Positions 43,826 through 53,579 of a DNA stretch of 64,000 bases are shown here, piece by piece. The stretch is from a virus, in IMG/VR virus record IMGVR_UViG_3300026487_000003; one strand, 5' to 3'. Under the pieces are notes generated by a model. The model ran no database searches, was not told the origin of the DNA, and saw only the letters and a list, made by a program, of their open reading frames with translations. Each line of letters opens with the position of its first letter. The stretch's first letter is position 1. The translations under genes and the position numbers were made by a program.

Positions 43826-44368
43826 TTATCCTATGTTTTCTGGGATGTAGTAAGTTCTTTTATTTTCATATGTCTCATCTACAACAATGACTTGTTCGAT
43901 GGGATCAATATTTTCTTGCGTGACGTAAGCGTAGGCAAACACAACGTCAATGTTAAAACCATCTACCCATCGCGTCTCTCTCTTCTGAGGTAAGTACCTG
44001 ATCTGAGAAGTACGCATTTTGGAAAGATTGTTTTGATTTAAAAATTCCCAGAAAATAGGGGAATTTAATCTTTGCTTAAACAAGTGAGCTAAATCACCTG
44101 ATTGACTACCCCTAAAGCTGAACTGAACAGTTGCTTCATAGGTGTTTAGTGTTGAATATACAATAACATCACCTGACGCATCATATCCCCAAGTATTTGT
44201 TTCTCGACCTTGCTCTTCTAGCTTAATGATAAACATTGAAAGATAAGAAGATTCAGGCTCAAGGTTATCCATGTTTCCCCAAAGGATTGCACCAGAAGCG
44301 TCTAATGCAGGAAACATAGGAGCAATACTATCGTAAATAGCATCTTGTAATTCTGTATAAGCTCCCAT
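43826..44368 (-). CDS. neck/tail-completion protein
   Basis: 180-aa ORF; positional call. Confidence 0.4.
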   Translation of the reverse strand: MGAYTELQDAIYDSIAPMFPALDASGAILWGNMDNLEPESSYLSMFIIKLEEQGRETNTWGYDASGDVIVYSTLNTYEATVQFSFRGSQSGDLAHLFKQRLNSPIFWEFLNQNNLSKMRTSQIRYLPQKRETRWVDGFNIDVVFAYAYVTQENIDPIEQVIVVDETYENKRTYYIPENIG

Positions 44369-44377
44369 GGAAACCTC

Positions 44378-44752
44378 TTATTTTGCGGATATAATCTCAC
44401 GAGATGCAATAGCGTGCGTTTGATCCAAAATACCCATTCGGTAACTACGAACACGCATTACCTTGTAACGTTGACCGTCATATACAACTTCATCTGCCTG
44501 ATAGCCATCTGAACCTTCACGGGCAGTACGAATCAAGCCAGGAGTAGCCATATAAAGCTTGATCCACTCTTTAGTACGATCAGATTCAGGTAGAAGTTGC
44601 AAGTCTTTAAAGTTAAACGGCTGAACGTTTGCCTGGATAGTAAATTCAATCTCAGGTCCAGGAACAGGACGACCTTTGACAACGGTAGGTTTGCCTTCTC
44701 GGAAGACCTGAACTGGAATAGTTTTAGTTAGAGTGAAGCTGGGTAAACTCAT
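44378..44752 (-). CDS. head-closure / head-tail joining protein
   Basis: 124-aa ORF; positional call. Confidence 0.4.
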   Translation of the reverse strand: MSLPSFTLTKTIPVQVFREGKPTVVKGRPVPGPEIEFTIQANVQPFNFKDLQLLPESDRTKEWIKLYMATPGLIRTAREGSDGYQADEVVYDGQRYKVMRVRSYRMGILDQTHAIASREIISAK

Positions 44753-45204
44753 TATCTTCCCTCCACTTTAACTTGAATACTATCTCGTAGTTCGCCAGTG
44801 TCAATCAATGGGTTGTTAAAGCCTTTATCAGCCACTGTACGCGGTGCGTTAGGGGGACTGGACCATTCGCTCATGATCTTCTTTAACATCGCCACAAACG
44901 CAGGAGAAGCAGTTTTAGCCGCACTTAAAGCTGATTTACCTGATGCCACTGATTGGATCATCATAGCAAAAGCTTTAGTATCAGTTTTCAACTCTTGCTT
45001 GAGGCCAACACGCATGAATGGACGAGGAGGAATTTTCTCACTACCCTCTTCCTGCAATGCGGCAACATAGGCGTGAGGTAAGTTGTCGTTCTCTGAACTG
45101 TAGTGAGAATCGAACCAACCAAGCTGTAGCTTGATACGATCTAGCTGTTGTAAGTCTTTCTTGAGCTTATCCCACTTCTTAGTATCAACTGTAAGTGTGA
45201 TCAT
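44752..45204 (-). CDS. HK97 gp10-like tail-component protein
   Basis: Track ORF 44752..45279, ATG at 45204 (ATGA coupling); C-terminal IDTGELRDSI motif. Confidence 0.55.
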   Translation of the reverse strand: MITLTVDTKKWDKLKKDLQQLDRIKLQLGWFDSHYSSENDNLPHAYVAALQEEGSEKIPPRPFMRVGLKQELKTDTKAFAMMIQSVASGKSALSAAKTASPAFVAMLKKIMSEWSSPPNAPRTVADKGFNNPLIDTGELRDSIQVKVEGR

Positions 45205-45659
45205 ATTGGAACCACAACCCAACGGGGTAGCTCGGGCATTCCATATTGAAACTTGTGTAGGCAGTTGAAAACACCACAATCGGTTTTAGGAATGTTAGCT
45301 CGATTAACTGACAAATCCATATCGTTAGCCAGTACATCGCAGCGATCAATGCCAGCGGCATACGGCATCAGAGTACCAAGACCAAGTGTTGGGTTAGAGT
45401 TGAAGCTGCCTAGTAGAAGCTTATACCAATCAATGGCGTTACTCCAAACCTCAATATCACCAGTGGTCTCACGATAAATTGATTTGTTCTTAGCCAAATC
45501 TCCAATTATTGCATACAATGCCAAGATAGATGCTTGACGTACAGAGTTGCCAGACATATCAAGGAAATATTGAATGTCTTCGTCGGAGAAGGTGTATGGT
45601 TCAGTGCGATCAGAGATAAAGAGGCGTACAGCCTGGATGTTAGATAGAGCCATATTCAC
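45201..45659 (-). CDS. head-tail connector/adaptor protein
   Basis: 152-aa ORF downstream of the capsid genes; positional call. Confidence 0.4.
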   Translation of the reverse strand: MNMALSNIQAVRLFISDRTEPYTFSDEDIQYFLDMSGNSVRQASILALYAIIGDLAKNKSIYRETTGDIEVWSNAIDWYKLLLGSFNSNPTLGLGTLMPYAAGIDRCDVLANDMDLSVNRANIPKTDCGVFNCLHKFQYGMPELPRWVVVPI

Positions 45660-45675
45660 CGCCTCTTATAAATTG

Positions 45676-45888
45676 TTAGCCTTTAAGGGCCTGAAGAATT
45701 TCATTTAGTTTAGCAGCTACATCCTTTACGGTTAGCTTGCTCTCAGTGTCTAGCTCTTCAACATCTTTGAATTTAGCGAATGATTCATCGCCAGCTTTAG
45801 GAACACGGACTTTACCGAGTTGTTCGTAAAGACTGTCAACTTGTGCTTGGGTGCTAAGGAAGCGACCTTCAGGCTTCTTGATGTTCAT
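45676..45888 (-). CDS. hypothetical head-module protein
   Basis: 70-aa ORF. Confidence 0.5.
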   Translation of the reverse strand: MNIKKPEGRFLSTQAQVDSLYEQLGKVRVPKAGDESFAKFKDVEELDTESKLTVKDVAAKLNEILQALKG

Positions 45889-45919
45889 TACAAACCTCTT
45901 TAGAATTTGGGAATGGGAA

Positions 45920-45935
45920 GGGGACCGAAGTCCCC
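45920..45935 (-). terminator. UUCG-tetraloop hairpin after the major capsid gene
   Basis: GGGGAC-TTCG-GTCCCC hairpin followed by a pyrimidine-rich tract. Confidence 0.4.
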
Positions 45936-45952
45936 ATATCCCGAACTAGCAA

Positions 45953-47026
45953 TTAAGCCAGGTGTAGGCGGATAATAGCCTGGGGGCGAAGAACAGCGTT
46001 TAGCATGTTGGATTCAGACATGATTTCAATCTTGTCCATCTTGCCAGACATTTCTTCGAAGTAGTACTGGGACTGACCAACAGTGTTAACAGTATCAAAC
46101 CGTAGCGCAGGAGCGAAGTAGGTTTGGAACATGTCAGTTACACCTAGGGGGAATGCATAAGCATCGCCAGCAGGGATGAAGCGCTGAACAACACCATTCT
46201 GATCGGTGTAAGTACCACGGTACTCAATGAAGCTAACGCCACCGAAGTTAAACACTTGATAACGAGCATCAAGAGGCATACCCTGGACACCAAGACGGGT
46301 GGTGAGTGGGTCTTGCTCACGACGGTAGTACTTGTACACTTCAGTGATATAGGGGTTAGTGATTAGGGCCTGGAAGTACTCAGGAGAGCACACAACCACG
46401 AAATCACTAACAACTTGACCATTGAGTAGTCCATCTTGGACACCGGCAATGATTTGACCGGTGTAGCTTAGTGGGTCAACGTTGCTGTTAGCTAGGTCAG
46501 TGGTAATCTCGGTACGGGTAACGCCGAACTCGTTGTAGTAGTTTACGGTAGGGCCGTAAGCACGAGCTAGGGTGCCGGAAGGAGCATACACAGTACCGCT
46601 GGTGATGATTTGCATACGAGCGACTTCTGCTAGTTGAGCATAACGACGACGTAGAGCATCCATCTTGCGAGCACGGACGTTAGCAGCGCTTTCAAGGTCT
46701 AGGTTCTGAGCAAAGTTTTCCCAAGAGATAATACCCTGTAGATCACGGGGTAGAATAGCGGTGTCTAGTGGGAAGTGGGGGATTGGAAAGGTGTAGATAC
46801 CACGGCTGGTGGGCTTGATGGTGCTGTTACGCTCATCCCAGTTACGATCAACTGGTAGACCATCAACTTCAGTCATGGAACTTACAGCAACGGTATCCTG
46901 GGTAACACCCTGCTCATTGAACAGACCCATGGAGTTGATAAGACCCCACTGGTTGGGGATGGTAACTAGTTGGTTAGTAAGTTCTAGTACGCGACCAGTG
47001 TTGTTGGGTTGAAAAGCAATAGCCAT
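45953..47026 (-). CDS. major capsid protein (lambda gpE-like)
   Basis: 357 aa; C-terminus ...AIIRLHLA resembles the gpE end; sits after the protease and decoration genes. Confidence 0.75.
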   Translation of the reverse strand: MAIAFQPNNTGRVLELTNQLVTIPNQWGLINSMGLFNEQGVTQDTVAVSSMTEVDGLPVDRNWDERNSTIKPTSRGIYTFPIPHFPLDTAILPRDLQGIISWENFAQNLDLESAANVRARKMDALRRRYAQLAEVARMQIITSGTVYAPSGTLARAYGPTVNYYNEFGVTRTEITTDLANSNVDPLSYTGQIIAGVQDGLLNGQVVSDFVVVCSPEYFQALITNPYITEVYKYYRREQDPLTTRLGVQGMPLDARYQVFNFGGVSFIEYRGTYTDQNGVVQRFIPAGDAYAFPLGVTDMFQTYFAPALRFDTVNTVGQSQYYFEEMSGKMDKIEIMSESNMLNAVLRPQAIIRLHLA

Positions 47027-47066
47027 ATTAATTATACTCCAGATTGATATATTTTAAGAGAGGCGC

Positions 47067-47495
47067 TTAGCAAGCGATCTCAACTAGAACGCCCTGCTCT
47101 TCGAGCTTACCCTTTAGGGTCTCAATCTGAGCAGCATTGAATTGGGTGTTAACTTGCTTGATAAGGTAGTCAGAAAGAATTACTTCATCACGAACGAAAG
47201 CAACAGCTTTAGCGTCCTGACCAGCAGTCATAGCGAAAGAAGGCTTCCAGCTAAAACGATCACCGAAGACAACGGCAAACTTGGTGCCAGCGGTGGTTAG
47301 GTCAGCAGCTACAGCTTTGTGGTAAGTGGTGTCAGCAGCAGCTTTAGCAACTACAGTGCCCATGACAACAGCAGAAGCATCACCAGCAGCAGCGAAGTTT
47401 AGGGTGATTACTTTACGAGCGTAACCAACACTGGGATCAAGTTCGTGAACAACTAGGTCGCCAAGGGTGCGGTAGGTTAGGTCAAGAATAGCCAT
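47067..47495 (-). CDS. head decoration protein-like
   Basis: 142 aa, Ala/Val-rich, between the protease and capsid genes as in lambda C-D-E order. Confidence 0.5.
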   Translation of the reverse strand: MAILDLTYRTLGDLVVHELDPSVGYARKVITLNFAAAGDASAVVMGTVVAKAAADTTYHKAVAADLTTAGTKFAVVFGDRFSWKPSFAMTAGQDAKAVAFVRDEVILSDYLIKQVNTQFNAAQIETLKGKLEEQGVLVEIAC

Positions 47496-47512
47496 TAGAT
47501 ATAGTCCTCGAA

Positions 47513-48862
47513 TTACTTAGTTTTGTATTGTTTTTTGATTGCAGCAGCGAGAGCTTCTTCCATAGAGGGATTAGTCTCAACCTTGGTATCCGCACCCATC
47601 TCACTGAAAAGGGCAGATTGTTTTTCACCTACAGAGGCGAATTCTAGAGCACCAACCATTGCTTCAAATAGAGCATCGTCAGCGCCTTCAAACTTAGCGG
47701 AAAGTTCAGCAGCTTTCTCAGTACCAACAGCAGCGGTTAGCTTATCAAGACGGGCTTGAGCAACAGCTTGTTTGGCAGCTAGTTCAGCAGCTTCTTTTTC
47801 AGCTTGGAATACAGCTAGTTTAGCTTGGGCTTCTTCATAGGAAGCTTTAAGAGTTACAGCATCTTCTAGGGCAGCTTGAAGTTCAACATCTTTGGCTGAA
47901 AGCAGAGCTTGCACTTCGGATAGTTGTTCTTTAGCTAGTTCAAGTTCTTTCATTTCAACCTCGCTAACACTGTCTTGCGACATATTAAACATCTTGGATT
48001 TAAGTTTGAGCATGGTGTTCTCTTTTTGAGCTACGTCTGCTAAATGTGTATAAAACTCTTCATGAGTCATAACGGCATCTGCTAGACCTAGGCTCAGTGC
48101 TTCTTTTGGCAAGAAAGTCTTAGCTTCAGTCGATCTAACAGTTTCTACTGAGATGTTGCGTTGTTCTGCAACAAACCCGGTAAAGCTTTCATAAAGTGCA
48201 TCTACTTTACTTTGAATGTCTGAGATGAAGTCAGCACGGAAACTGCCATCTTCTGCAAACGGAACCTTACTCCCACCAGCGTAAACAAAGGTGCGTTCCA
48301 TACCAGCTTGTTCTAATGCTTTAGAATCATTCATTAGCCGGACAACAACACCAATGCTACCAACCTCAGCTTGAGGGTTAACAATGATTTGATCTGATAC
48401 AGAAGTAAGAGCATAAGCAGCAGAAGCAGAAAGACCGTCGACGTAAGAGATAATCTTAACGCCATGTTCATTAGCTACATCGCGTAGATATCGGGCAGTC
48501 TCAAAAGCCATATAAGCTTCGCCACCACCGCTGTCTACGTTAAGAACTAGCGTCTTCATCCCCTTGCTTACAAGAGAATCCATATCTGATTTCATTGATT
48601 GGTAATTAGCACCACCACAATCAAAACCCATAACAGTCATAGGTTTATAAGTGAGGGGGCCTTCTACTGAAAGCATACCGACCAAGGTATCTGGATTGAA
48701 CATCAGATTAGAACGTTGCTCTTTGTCGCCTTCTGAATCAACAAGCATTTGACCAGCATTACGATGATCAAGATAGCTCATGATAGCTTCAAAGCTTTTA
48801 GCCTCCATTAGATGAGGCTGATTGTATAGCTTCTGAGTAAGAAGCCTTAGAGCGTGTGCCAT
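47513..48862 (-). CDS. S49 (SppA/ClpP-fold) prohead protease with C-terminal scaffold-like coiled coil
   Basis: VDSGGGE and GLSASAAY...GSIGV motifs; Ala/Glu/Lys-rich C-terminal third. Confidence 0.8.
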   Translation of the reverse strand: MAHALRLLTQKLYNQPHLMEAKSFEAIMSYLDHRNAGQMLVDSEGDKEQRSNLMFNPDTLVGMLSVEGPLTYKPMTVMGFDCGGANYQSMKSDMDSLVSKGMKTLVLNVDSGGGEAYMAFETARYLRDVANEHGVKIISYVDGLSASAAYALTSVSDQIIVNPQAEVGSIGVVVRLMNDSKALEQAGMERTFVYAGGSKVPFAEDGSFRADFISDIQSKVDALYESFTGFVAEQRNISVETVRSTEAKTFLPKEALSLGLADAVMTHEEFYTHLADVAQKENTMLKLKSKMFNMSQDSVSEVEMKELELAKEQLSEVQALLSAKDVELQAALEDAVTLKASYEEAQAKLAVFQAEKEAAELAAKQAVAQARLDKLTAAVGTEKAAELSAKFEGADDALFEAMVGALEFASVGEKQSALFSEMGADTKVETNPSMEEALAAAIKKQYKTK

Positions 48863-48871
48863 AAAGGCTCC

Positions 48872-50341
48872 TTAGTTTTCTTTATTACTTGTTGAGCTGT
48901 CACCAGAACTTCCATCAGCAGAACCAGTTCCAGAGGATAGGCCCTCTTTCATCCCACTACCAGATGCTGAAGTCATTTGACCAAGAAGCTCATTAAGATC
49001 ATCTTGACTCATGTTCTCATCAACCCGATCAGGGAGACCAAGTTGCTCGGCAACATAGTTAATGTTACGAGGAGTAGGAGCCACTAGACCAGTCGCTTTA
49101 GTACGCTGTAGTGCAGAGGACAGTACATCAATATCCCGTTCATCAATATCACCATAGACAAGCTTTGGCATATCAACAGGATTCCAACCATTCAACTGAG
49201 CAAGCTGCTTGATAAGATCGTTATTGAATTGATCTTGAATTTCCATTAGAGCAGCTTCAATTCGAGTGGCAATGATTGAAGTCTTACTATCAGCTAGAGA
49301 GTAGCTACCAGATGCACCCTGACCAAGCTTAAGAACGTCAGCAAAGAATGACATAAGGATTTCATTACTGTAACGGTTGATGATGTCACCAACGTTATAG
49401 CTCTTACTGCCTGTCACACCAGCTAGTTCAAACTCAAATAGCTTATTGCCGGTATCGTCTCTTACGCCAGGAAGAATCAAACCTTCTTGTTCATCACGAT
49501 GCACGTTTCGAATAACACGTTTGAGATATTCATAAACGGCTTTATCAGCTTCAGAAGCACCATCTGACATATACTGTGCAGGGATGGTTAGGATCGGAAG
49601 ACCGCGTAAGTCTTTAGCAACACCAACAGCTTCAGATTCTTCAAGGGCTTTCTTGAACTTCCAGCTTTCCCAGCAGTATACTAGAGGGCTAGTACCGGTG
49701 GGTGAATTACGGCGAGAGTTAGCACGGAACAACATGAACTTTTCACGAGGGATAAGTTTGCCAGGAGCAATCTCAAACTCGTTCACAGCACCATTGTTTT
49801 TACGATACCACTGACGGACACCAGTAAGCTCACGGTTATCTTCATCGTACTCCCACTTAGCAATAGTCTCTTGGGCACGAGGAGTGATCTTCTTGATGCC
49901 TACAAGACCATCATTGTAGTAGGAGCCTTGTGAACGTAGACGGCGACGAAACACCTTCTCCATCACACAGAAACCGTAAGTGTTAAAGCTACTAATCTCT
50001 TTGATTACTTCAAGAAGAGAGCAATCCATGTCTTGGATAACTTCTTCAAGGTATTGTTTTTTACGCTTAAGATCATCTGAGGCATCGTGTGGAATTTGAA
50101 CTTTCCACTTCACCTTAGAGATCATAGTCTCAAGAAGTTGAATGGCACTGCTGATCGTTGCATCACGACGCATTTTGTCAAATGTGTAAATGCACTGAGG
50201 CCATTGAAGTTCATACTGACAGGATTCAAGGACACTACCACCAAGGACAGTAAGACCGGGCTGGCCTACTTCACCAAGGCGCAATCTAGGGATTGCAACA
50301 TCAGTCCCTTGAGTGAGGGGAGCCTGTTCTGTATCAGCCAT
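48872..50341 (-). CDS. portal protein
   Basis: 489 aa located between TerL and the protease; acidic/Ser-Gly-rich C-terminus. Confidence 0.7.
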   Translation of the reverse strand: MADTEQAPLTQGTDVAIPRLRLGEVGQPGLTVLGGSVLESCQYELQWPQCIYTFDKMRRDATISSAIQLLETMISKVKWKVQIPHDASDDLKRKKQYLEEVIQDMDCSLLEVIKEISSFNTYGFCVMEKVFRRRLRSQGSYYNDGLVGIKKITPRAQETIAKWEYDEDNRELTGVRQWYRKNNGAVNEFEIAPGKLIPREKFMLFRANSRRNSPTGTSPLVYCWESWKFKKALEESEAVGVAKDLRGLPILTIPAQYMSDGASEADKAVYEYLKRVIRNVHRDEQEGLILPGVRDDTGNKLFEFELAGVTGSKSYNVGDIINRYSNEILMSFFADVLKLGQGASGSYSLADSKTSIIATRIEAALMEIQDQFNNDLIKQLAQLNGWNPVDMPKLVYGDIDERDIDVLSSALQRTKATGLVAPTPRNINYVAEQLGLPDRVDENMSQDDLNELLGQMTSASGSGMKEGLSSGTGSADGSSGDSSTSNKEN

Positions 50342-50350
50342 AGAGGCTCC

Positions 50351-51814
50351 TTATCGTATAGAAGTTAGTGGATTCTTTACTTGTTCAAAACCAAAGCCAG
50401 TCATTCCGGGGAGGAAGTTTGGGATGTAGACGTTTTTACGAAGGACCTCGTAAGTATCGCTGATTGCGTCGAGCATATCGTCCTTTACGTTTCTACTACC
50501 GTCATATTCCTCAAGCTCATCAAAGAATGTATCATTATTGGCTAAGATATTGTTCTCAAGGTCATCACAACAACGTTTTACTATCTTGACCATTCCAGCT
50601 TGAGCTACAGAAGCAAAAGGACCGAAACGGTTCATTTTAGTACCACGTCCTGCCGATCTAACCATCTTCGCAGTAAAGCCGTTTTCACTTAGCACCTTAA
50701 CAAGATGCTTTGCATAAGCTTCACCGCCAGGACCTGGGTCCCATGGAATACCTACAACAACGTCTGGACCATCTTGACGCGCTAGTTTTAGAATCTGCTC
50801 TTGTACGTCACCATGTACACCTCGGAATCTGAATACATGTTCAATGATGTATTCGCCATCTTTTGTACGGGACATTAAAGTAGATGCTGTGTAGTCAGGA
50901 TTGTGGTTCTTTTCGGATTTCTTACTAGAAGCAAGGTCCCAACATCTAACCCTTTGACAAGGTTTCTGTTGAGGCCAGTCAACTTGTTCTAACCAGTTAC
51001 GATCAAAAACAGAAGCTGATTGTTCTTTTGCATACCAAGACCCGAGGTAAAGTCGCTCCATCTCTACGCGGGGCATGTTTTTCAGTCGAAATACATAAGA
51101 AGGGTCGCGTTCAAGAAGCACAGGATTATCATGGCAAGTTGCTGGATAAAACGTGAAGGACATAGGTCCACACTCTTTCCCGTAACGCTCTTCTAGCTCT
51201 TCTCTGGTTTCTGCCCAACGCATCGTATTACCTTGACGAATAAACCACATTCGCTTACCATCACGGTCTTTACGAGGTAAACCTCTTTCATCTAGATAAC
51301 CTGCATCCTCCAACCACTTACGCAAAAAACTTGAGTAGTCGGGGTTTGCTGTCATTAGCATTTGAGGCTTCATCGGGGCTGCTGTACGCATACGAGAGAT
51401 GAAGTATACAACTTGCGACTCTTCAAACTGCTGGGCCTCATCCACTAGGAAAGTGGACACCTGCCAACCTTGGAAGTTATGCTTGTCTTTCTCCTGCTCA
51501 CAACCCTTACAAACTACAGTTGCCCCTTGTGGAAATATAAACTTGCATTCTTTAGATTTGAATTTCGCACCAAACTCTGAATATAATTCTTGTGCTGTTT
51601 CAGCTACACCACCAGGGCCAGTTACTTGTACCATGGTACGTCGAACAATTACACCACGAAAGTCTTTCATATCTGGTCTAGTGGCCCATTTAAGCATTGC
51701 CATCACACCTAGATATGACTTCCCGCTACCTGCCGCACCACCGAATAATACAATGTCGGAGTCATCATTTAAAAATGCCTCCTGTTTAGGGGAGGCAGGT
51801 CCTATAGCACTCAT
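50351..51814 (-). CDS. terL: terminase large subunit
   Basis: Walker A GGAAGSGKS, Walker B LVDEAQ, C-terminal nuclease-like acidic residues. Confidence 0.9.
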   Translation of the reverse strand: MSAIGPASPKQEAFLNDDSDIVLFGGAAGSGKSYLGVMAMLKWATRPDMKDFRGVIVRRTMVQVTGPGGVAETAQELYSEFGAKFKSKECKFIFPQGATVVCKGCEQEKDKHNFQGWQVSTFLVDEAQQFEESQVVYFISRMRTAAPMKPQMLMTANPDYSSFLRKWLEDAGYLDERGLPRKDRDGKRMWFIRQGNTMRWAETREELEERYGKECGPMSFTFYPATCHDNPVLLERDPSYVFRLKNMPRVEMERLYLGSWYAKEQSASVFDRNWLEQVDWPQQKPCQRVRCWDLASSKKSEKNHNPDYTASTLMSRTKDGEYIIEHVFRFRGVHGDVQEQILKLARQDGPDVVVGIPWDPGPGGEAYAKHLVKVLSENGFTAKMVRSAGRGTKMNRFGPFASVAQAGMVKIVKRCCDDLENNILANNDTFFDELEEYDGSRNVKDDMLDAISDTYEVLRKNVYIPNFLPGMTGFGFEQVKNPLTSIR

Positions 51815-51817
51815 TTA

Positions 51818-52687
51818 TTATCCTAAATATTCTCTAGAAAATTTTAACCACTTAGAATCTTCTTTTGGTATCCAGCCTTCTTTGAACTTTTCTACACTCC
51901 CTCTGAAATAATCTTGATGCAAATCATCGCAATATATTTCGTTGTAAATGGTCCTTAGTTTTCTTCTAGAAGGTTTATCAAAGGTTAACCAAAGTTCATA
52001 GTGAATATCTGAAAGAGCCCACCTAAGTAAATCTTTTGGGTTTTGAGCCAAGCCAATTTCCCAAGGCTTTATATCTCGCTCTAAACGAGCTTTAGATATC
52101 TTACTTTTTGTCTCTGTAGAGTGTAGTTTTCCATAAAAGGGATTTAACTCTCCTACAACACTATTTCTATATTCGACAGAAAGACAGCCACAAGACCTAG
52201 TATTTCCAGAAGAAATTGTGTTAGAAGGAAGTTCTATAAAATTACCACATTCACATTTACACAGCCATTTTGAAAGTCTGGAAGAATTCCTTTGAACCCA
52301 ACCTACATTTTCTATTACTGTTAGCCTTCCAAAAACTGAACCTGTAATATCCTTAAAATAATTTTCCATCCTTTCTATATTATGTTGTCTACATAACTCT
52401 TTTAGAACTTTGTACTGATGAGAATTTATCTTAAAATTCTTAGTGTCTGCCATTAACATAACAGCAACAGCTAGACCTTTATGCTCAGGATTAGCTTTCC
52501 ACAAAAGAAGATGAGCAACGAAGTGTTCTCTGGCACTAAACATCACCAGATTGCTTTCTTCATTACCTCCACCCAAACAACGCGGTACGATATGATGAAT
52601 CTCTGTATAATAGTCTACAGATTTCTTATCTAAACCTCGTGGCTTGCATTTATCTACAAGCTGATTGTATATCTTTTCATAGTTCAT
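51818..52687 (-). CDS. HNH endonuclease adjacent to terminase
   Basis: EIHHIVPRCLGGGNEESNLV...REH HNH motif and C-terminal CKCECG...CGC zinc motif. Track ORF 51818..52789; the ATG at 52687 (MNYEKIY) is preferred. Confidence 0.8.
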   Translation of the reverse strand: MNYEKIYNQLVDKCKPRGLDKKSVDYYTEIHHIVPRCLGGGNEESNLVMFSAREHFVAHLLLWKANPEHKGLAVAVMLMADTKNFKINSHQYKVLKELCRQHNIERMENYFKDITGSVFGRLTVIENVGWVQRNSSRLSKWLCKCECGNFIELPSNTISSGNTRSCGCLSVEYRNSVVGELNPFYGKLHSTETKSKISKARLERDIKPWEIGLAQNPKDLLRWALSDIHYELWLTFDKPSRRKLRTIYNEIYCDDLHQDYFRGSVEKFKEGWIPKEDSKWLKFSREYLG

Positions 52688-52892
52688 GAAAATCTTCAGT
52701 ATCCTATTCAATAAAAGATACCGAGGCTCATCCCGAGCAGTCGTTAAAGTGGGCGTGTCTCCCGACAAGGCCCTAATAAAAACCAACACCTTTCTTTACA
52801 GATGCTGGAAAAAGGATTAATAGCATTTCGCTTTTTATTTGTTCAATCCTTCTTATTAACTTTTTGAAATCTTTGCTCGACTTCATAATTGA

Positions 52893-52922
52893 AGTATACA
52901 CGACACTTTGTCTACACGTCAA
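52893..52922 (-). promoter_or_regulatory. sigma70-like promoter TTGACG-18-TATACT
   Basis: Hexamers are the reverse complement of 52917-52922 and 52893-52898, about 200 nt upstream of the HNH ATG. Confidence 0.45.
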
Positions 52923-52940
52923 TAGCCTAATAGTATTTTT

Positions 52941-53579
52941 CTATCGAAATTCGTAAAATAATTGATTTTCACTAATCTCTTTTTCAAATACTGATCTATT
53001 CTGGTCGATATACCAATTCTTTTCTTCTTGACTCATGTTCTGTTGAGTAACACAATGGAGGACGTCTTCGGCTTTGATCCAAGTTATAAGCTTAATAGGG
53101 CTAGGAAAGCCGTTGTCACCAACCAAGCCTGACTTGTGTACTCTCCATTGGTAACCAGCGTCTTCATAGCCATACCGATTATAAGCAGTGTTGTAACCAC
53201 CAACAGTTTCAAGGATAGCTTTTGAGTAGAAGGAAAAAGCACCTATAAGATTGTTCCAATAGATTACTTCTCCCTCTACCCTAATAACTTCATCCCTAAA
53301 TGGATCAGGAATACCGAACCAGTGACAACCAGATTTAAGATGTTGATCTACTATATAATCGATCCAGCCTGCGCGAATAGGGTAGGTATCGTCATCAAAC
53401 AGAACTATAAAATCACAATCAGAAAACTTAGCAAGGCACTTGTTACGCATCTTGCCAGGACCCTCAAGTTTTTCATCCAACTGGATATGAAATTCTACTT
53501 GATGTCTATCTGATTGAATATGGTAATCTTGTATCTTACGAATACCAGCTGTGATTACACTAACACCTACCTTACTCAT
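52941..53579 (-). CDS. glycosyltransferase (GT2-like, DxD)
   Basis: N-terminal VSVIT Rossmann start and FIVLFDDDTYP motif. Confidence 0.55.
   Translation of the reverse strand: MSKVGVSVITAGIRKIQDYHIQSDRHQVEFHIQLDEKLEGPGKMRNKCLAKFSDCDFIVLFDDDTYPIRAGWIDYIVDQHLKSGCHWFGIPDPFRDEVIRVEGEVIYWNNLIGAFSFYSKAILETVGGYNTAYNRYGYEDAGYQWRVHKSGLVGDNGFPSPIKLITWIKAEDVLHCVTQQNMSQEEKNWYIDQNRSVFEKEISENQLFYEFR

Noticed and set aside
52688-52789. N-terminal 34-codon extension of the HNH ORF (track start 52789), with similar upstream extensions at 5667, 26877, 45279, 55794 and 57369
   Set aside because: The extensions have atypical composition, overlap upstream genes or regulatory elements, and internal ATGs give native-looking N-termini, usually with an SD. 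The 52687 start itself lacks a strong SD, so it remains uncertain.
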